DNA of 64,000 bases, taken from positions 1,860,001 through 1,924,000 of the forward strand of contig JBHGNT010000001.1 of the NCBI GenBank assembly GCA_043228905.1, given 5' to 3'. Positions 63,300-64,000 of the stretch are shown in pieces; position 1 is the first letter of the stretch, and every line of letters starts with the position of its first letter. This DNA comes from Azolla caroliniana. Lineage: Eukaryota; Plantae; Polypodiophyta. The notes beneath the pieces are model-generated. The model ran no database searches, was not told the origin of the DNA, and saw only the letters and a program-made list of their open reading frames with translations. Both the position numbers and the translations under genes were made by a program.

Positions 63300-64000
63300 T
63301 CATTGACGTCCCTTGTACTTGAACTTCACTTTGAGCAAAAACCGCAGACTTATCTGGCAAAAAGATATTGCAAGAATGAAGAAGTTGTTACCAAAACAAA
63401 AAAATGGCATCTGTTTAAATAAAACAAAAACAGTTCATACCTGATTTGTATTATACACTATGTACTCATTATAAAGCAAACTGGTATTGGAGATGGCAGA
63501 AGGAACTGGGCGACCACAGGGAACAGTGACGTCACCCCATTTTTCAAACTCGGTTTCTAAGGGCTTGTTTTTACCAATTCCTTTTGTTGAATGTTTCCCA
63601 GGTGGTGGTTTGTCCATATACTACAAAGGAAACAAAAACAAAAAATCAGTCTCCAACAGTAGTCCACAAAAATTTGTTTTTACGCCTGACTACGAAAAAA
63701 CACCTTTGCCTCCTTCAACTCGTATACTTTTCCGAGGGCTACTTCTGAGAGAAGCATTAATCCAACGGGATTTGACTTTGATGCAAAGCAGTACTGAGCA
63801 CTCTTGCTAACCAAATCTGCAAAGTACACCCCTTTCCCAAACTGTCTCCCACACAAACATAGACATCAATATGTTTTAGTTACGAATTCAATGAATATAA
63901 AAAGAAACTCTAGTAATCGAACATTAAGAAGTTTCTTCTGTATTTCCTAAATAAACACTCAATTTTATTTTTACCATGTATCCTGTAACAGGTGCCTCTG
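63300..64000 (-). CDS. PARP1: Poly(ADP-ribose) polymerase 1, last four exons of the catalytic domain; gene continues past the right edge
   Basis: Exons >64000-63975 (EAPVTGYM), 63841-63704 ([18 protein letters not shown]...LLSEVALG), 63620-63441 ([14 protein letters not shown]...YNEYIVY), 63353-63300 ([17 protein letters not shown]). Confidence 0.93.

Overview
Eukaryotic nuclear DNA from a land plant, most likely a gene-dense fern or other seed-free vascular plant. This is inferred from the PLS-class PPR genes, a Tcn1-like chromovirus and a centriole gene. In order, the window holds: the 3' half of a decayed Ty3/gypsy chromovirus with its 3' LTR; a 5-exon CYP72-clan P450; a 2-exon S1-domain gene with a mitochondrial-type presequence; three intronless PLS-class PPR genes lacking DYW; YLMG1; a multi-exon CEP44 (centriole) homologue that the ORF track misses almost entirely; a solo LTR with a 5-bp TSD; an At5g19025-family gene; a 17-exon ARC5/DRP5B with a long low-complexity N-terminus and a LINE relic in intron 1; and the 3' end of PARP1. 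The two most notable signals are the hidden CEP44 gene and a tRNA-geometry A-box/B-box module, found antisense at the start of the chromovirus LTR and again in other repeats. All gene models were read by hand (GT-AG junctions, phase checked). Family calls come from recalled motifs, not database searches.
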